Source: Candidatus Hermodarchaeota archaeon
Lineage (GTDB): Archaea > Asgardarchaeota > Lokiarchaeia > Sigyniarchaeales > SOKP01
Direction: 5' to 3'
Assembly: GCA_048885925.1 (NCBI GenBank)
Contig: JBHLLG010000001.1
Location: 227,105-291,104, forward strand
Length of the DNA: 64,000 nucleotides
Under the pieces are notes generated by a model, which was not told where the DNA came from, searched no databases, and saw only the letters and a list, made by a program, of their open reading frames with translations. This document shows positions 62,067 through 64,000 of the stretch, piece after piece. The translations under genes were made by a program, and so were the position numbers. Each line of letters starts with the position of its first letter. Within the stretch, counting starts at the first letter, position 1.

Positions 62067-62345
62067 TAACAGTTAATAAAAATGAAATCAATCCAAAATA
62101 AATTCTGCTGGAGGAAATTTCATTATAAAATTCACTTTTCTAATTTTTTGTCTTATTATTACATAGGATATATCCAATTATAAATGATAATGCTTTTTAC
62201 TTGTTTTTTTTTCAATTTATTCCTGTATTTTCTCAAATATCGAATTTAAGAAATAACTGCTTATCAGAGATTAAATATTGCAACACATCAATGATTAAGA
62301 AACACCGATACTCTTTTTTAATTGCTCATACAAAAAAACTAAGAT

Positions 62346-63563
62346 TTAGGTATTCATTAATACTCTTGCATTCTTCTGCCACTCACTCACTGTTTTTACT
62401 GAAGCACCGTTCATCCGTGCTGATAATTCTTCAGGATCAGCTACTAATAAATCTGCTATCGAGTTTATACCTTGTGCTTTTAGATTTTCAAATGTTCCTT
62501 TTCCAATGCCTTTTACTTGGGTTAACAGAACCTCCTCATTCTCGGGTTGCTCTGGATCAGTATCTTCATACAAGGATTCTACTTTAAAATCTAACCCTTG
62601 TCCTTCTGGAAGTTCTATATTATCGGTATCAGCAACCCCAACTCCTGTAATAAAGAATTCACATTCTTCAGGTGGGAGATCAGGAGCATCTACGATAACT
62701 GCTCTACGTTTTAATGAATTATTGGAAGAAAATCCTTTAGTCTTAAACATCACACGAAAGTGACACCCATGAGCTACGATATTTCCCCCTATGGCATCAT
62801 CCCCAGAGAACATTCCGACCATTTTCACAGCTACTTGATTGGTAAGCAGCACGGCACAGCTATAGGTTTCAGCTATTCGAGATAACGCGTGAATCATGTT
62901 ATTTAGGACTGCTTGTCGAGGGGCTAGATGACCTATGCCTACATATTCAGCACGGAGTAATGCCGTTAAACTATCTATAATTAGTAATCGTACACCACGA
63001 GTCTTACACAAAGCCTCAGCTTTTTGGATCATTTGGACCTGATGATCAGATGAGAAGATCCTGGCATGATAAATTTTCGAAAGTACATTCTGAGGATTTA
63101 ATCCAAATCGTTTGGCAATCCGTTTTATTTTTTCTTTAGAAAAGGTATTTTCACTGTCAATATAGGCAACTGAACTGCTTAACCCTCCCTTTTTCTCTGG
63201 AAGCTGAACGGTAACTGATATAGTATGAGCTAAAGCGGTTTTTCCTGATTTAAACGGTCCATATACTTCCGTTAATTTTCCCGTTTGAAAGCCTCCTCCT
63301 AAAATTCTATTTAATTCGGCAGATCCCGTAGTAATGTACTCAACATGGTCATCAATCTTAGCAGCAGGAGTAAAATCGGTCATTCCAAGGGCATTCCGTG
63401 CATTCCAGATAAGTTTCTGTGATGTTTTATCTCCAAGCCCATCGATGGCAGAGACAGTAGAGTGTGGAGTCATGGCAAGGGCTTCAGCAGTACTGATTCC
63501 GTTTTCTTCTAAAAGCTTGATATGGCGCGGTTTAATATCTTTTACCTTGCTTAGTTCTGACAT
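62346..63563 (-). CDS. radA: RadA/Rad51 recombinase with extra C-terminal HhH domain
   Basis: N-terminal HhH, FTPA motif, GPFKSGKT, YIDSENTF, LLIIDS, RAEY.G.G.LA.RQ, GGNIVAH; C-terminal LTQVKGIGKGT..L...GI.S..DL. Confidence 0.88.
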   Translation of the reverse strand: MSELSKVKDIKPRHIKLLEENGISTAEALAMTPHSTVSAIDGLGDKTSQKLIWNARNALGMTDFTPAAKIDDHVEYITTGSAELNRILGGGFQTGKLTEVYGPFKSGKTALAHTISVTVQLPEKKGGLSSSVAYIDSENTFSKEKIKRIAKRFGLNPQNVLSKIYHARIFSSDHQVQMIQKAEALCKTRGVRLLIIDSLTALLRAEYVGIGHLAPRQAVLNNMIHALSRIAETYSCAVLLTNQVAVKMVGMFSGDDAIGGNIVAHGCHFRVMFKTKGFSSNNSLKRRAVIVDAPDLPPEECEFFITGVGVADTDNIELPEGQGLDFKVESLYEDTDPEQPENEEVLLTQVKGIGKGTFENLKAQGINSIADLLVADPEELSARMNGASVKTVSEWQKNARVLMNT

Positions 63564-63771
63564 TCCTTTTTTATATCATCTCTTTTCTTTAATTTTGATT
63601 ACTCAATAGTTATATCCAAACTATTTAAAGAAAAAAGAGAACATTAGAAAAGAAGTAATAACTAGTGTTATTTTCAACACACAGAGAGGTGAGAAAGACT
63701 ACATCAAACCGGATTATTCAAAAGTCATATTGTATTACTTTTTTCTAATTATTAAGATTGCTCTTATTCCA

Positions 63772-63990
63772 TTACTCAGTTATCATGTTAAGATCTTCTG
63801 TATCCTTTTTTAAATATTCTTGAAAGTCAAAATTAGCTAAGTTATCTAAATCATCTTTAAATATAATCACTAAATAAGGAAAAAAGTTATTTAAGGCTAA
63901 TAAATAAGTTCTTATCGTCTTTTCTGCTTTTGGAGTATCCTTTAGGTATTCTTTAAAATTGCCATAAAAATCAATTTTTAAAAATGGAAG
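63772..63990 (-). pseudogene. remnant resembling the N-terminal SAM-like domain of a tyrosine integrase
   Basis: Stop-to-stop frame FKEYLK..KAEKTIRTYLLALNNFFPYL..L...DFQEYL; in-frame stops on both sides. Confidence 0.45.
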
Positions 63991-64000
63991 TTACTTAAGT

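Noticed and set aside
3006-63609. Numerous 60-140 aa antisense or overlapping ORFs (e.g. 5141-5437, 15042-15458, 25533-25838, 43662-43979, 58661-58948, 62201-62587, 63334-63609)
   Set aside because: They lie opposite or inside well-supported genes and lack family motifs
1-64000. CRISPR array, rRNA gene or intact transposase
   Set aside because: No regularly spaced repeats, rRNA-like GC-rich block or transposase motifs seen

Overview
Low-GC archaeal chromosome segment, almost certainly Asgard (Lokiarchaeia/Promethearchaeota-like). The assignment is inferred from the Vps2/24/46-Vps4-Vps25-Vps22/36 ESCRT cluster, a Rab-like GTPase, a longin-like gene and BHB-intron tRNAs. The first ~43 kb is mostly core or metabolic: a short histone, nikR-like/larC/larB nickel-pincer genes, pgk, NIP7/Nop2, glgP, dus, mtnA and transporters. 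Two tRNAs were decoded by hand: tRNA-Val(GAC) with two D-loop introns around a 7-nt micro-exon, and tRNA-Gly(GCC) with a canonical intron. Decayed or recoded genes include an amber-interrupted HEPN gene, an internally deleted MFS gene, a second amber-interrupted ORF and an integrase-like remnant. A 120-nt structured non-coding element lies at 43.3 kb. From ~44.5 kb to the end is an accessory-looking region. It holds duplicated TFIIB-type Zn-ribbon/acidic microproteins, a surface prenyltransferase-fold protein, a Whirly/PC4-like protein, an MglA/MglB-like operon, a stand-alone TFB-cyclin-like protein, a FEN1 paralog lacking two catalytic residues and a RadA with an extra C-terminal HhH domain, which together may form an undescribed DNA-handling module. 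All family calls come from motif recognition by eye; no searches were run.
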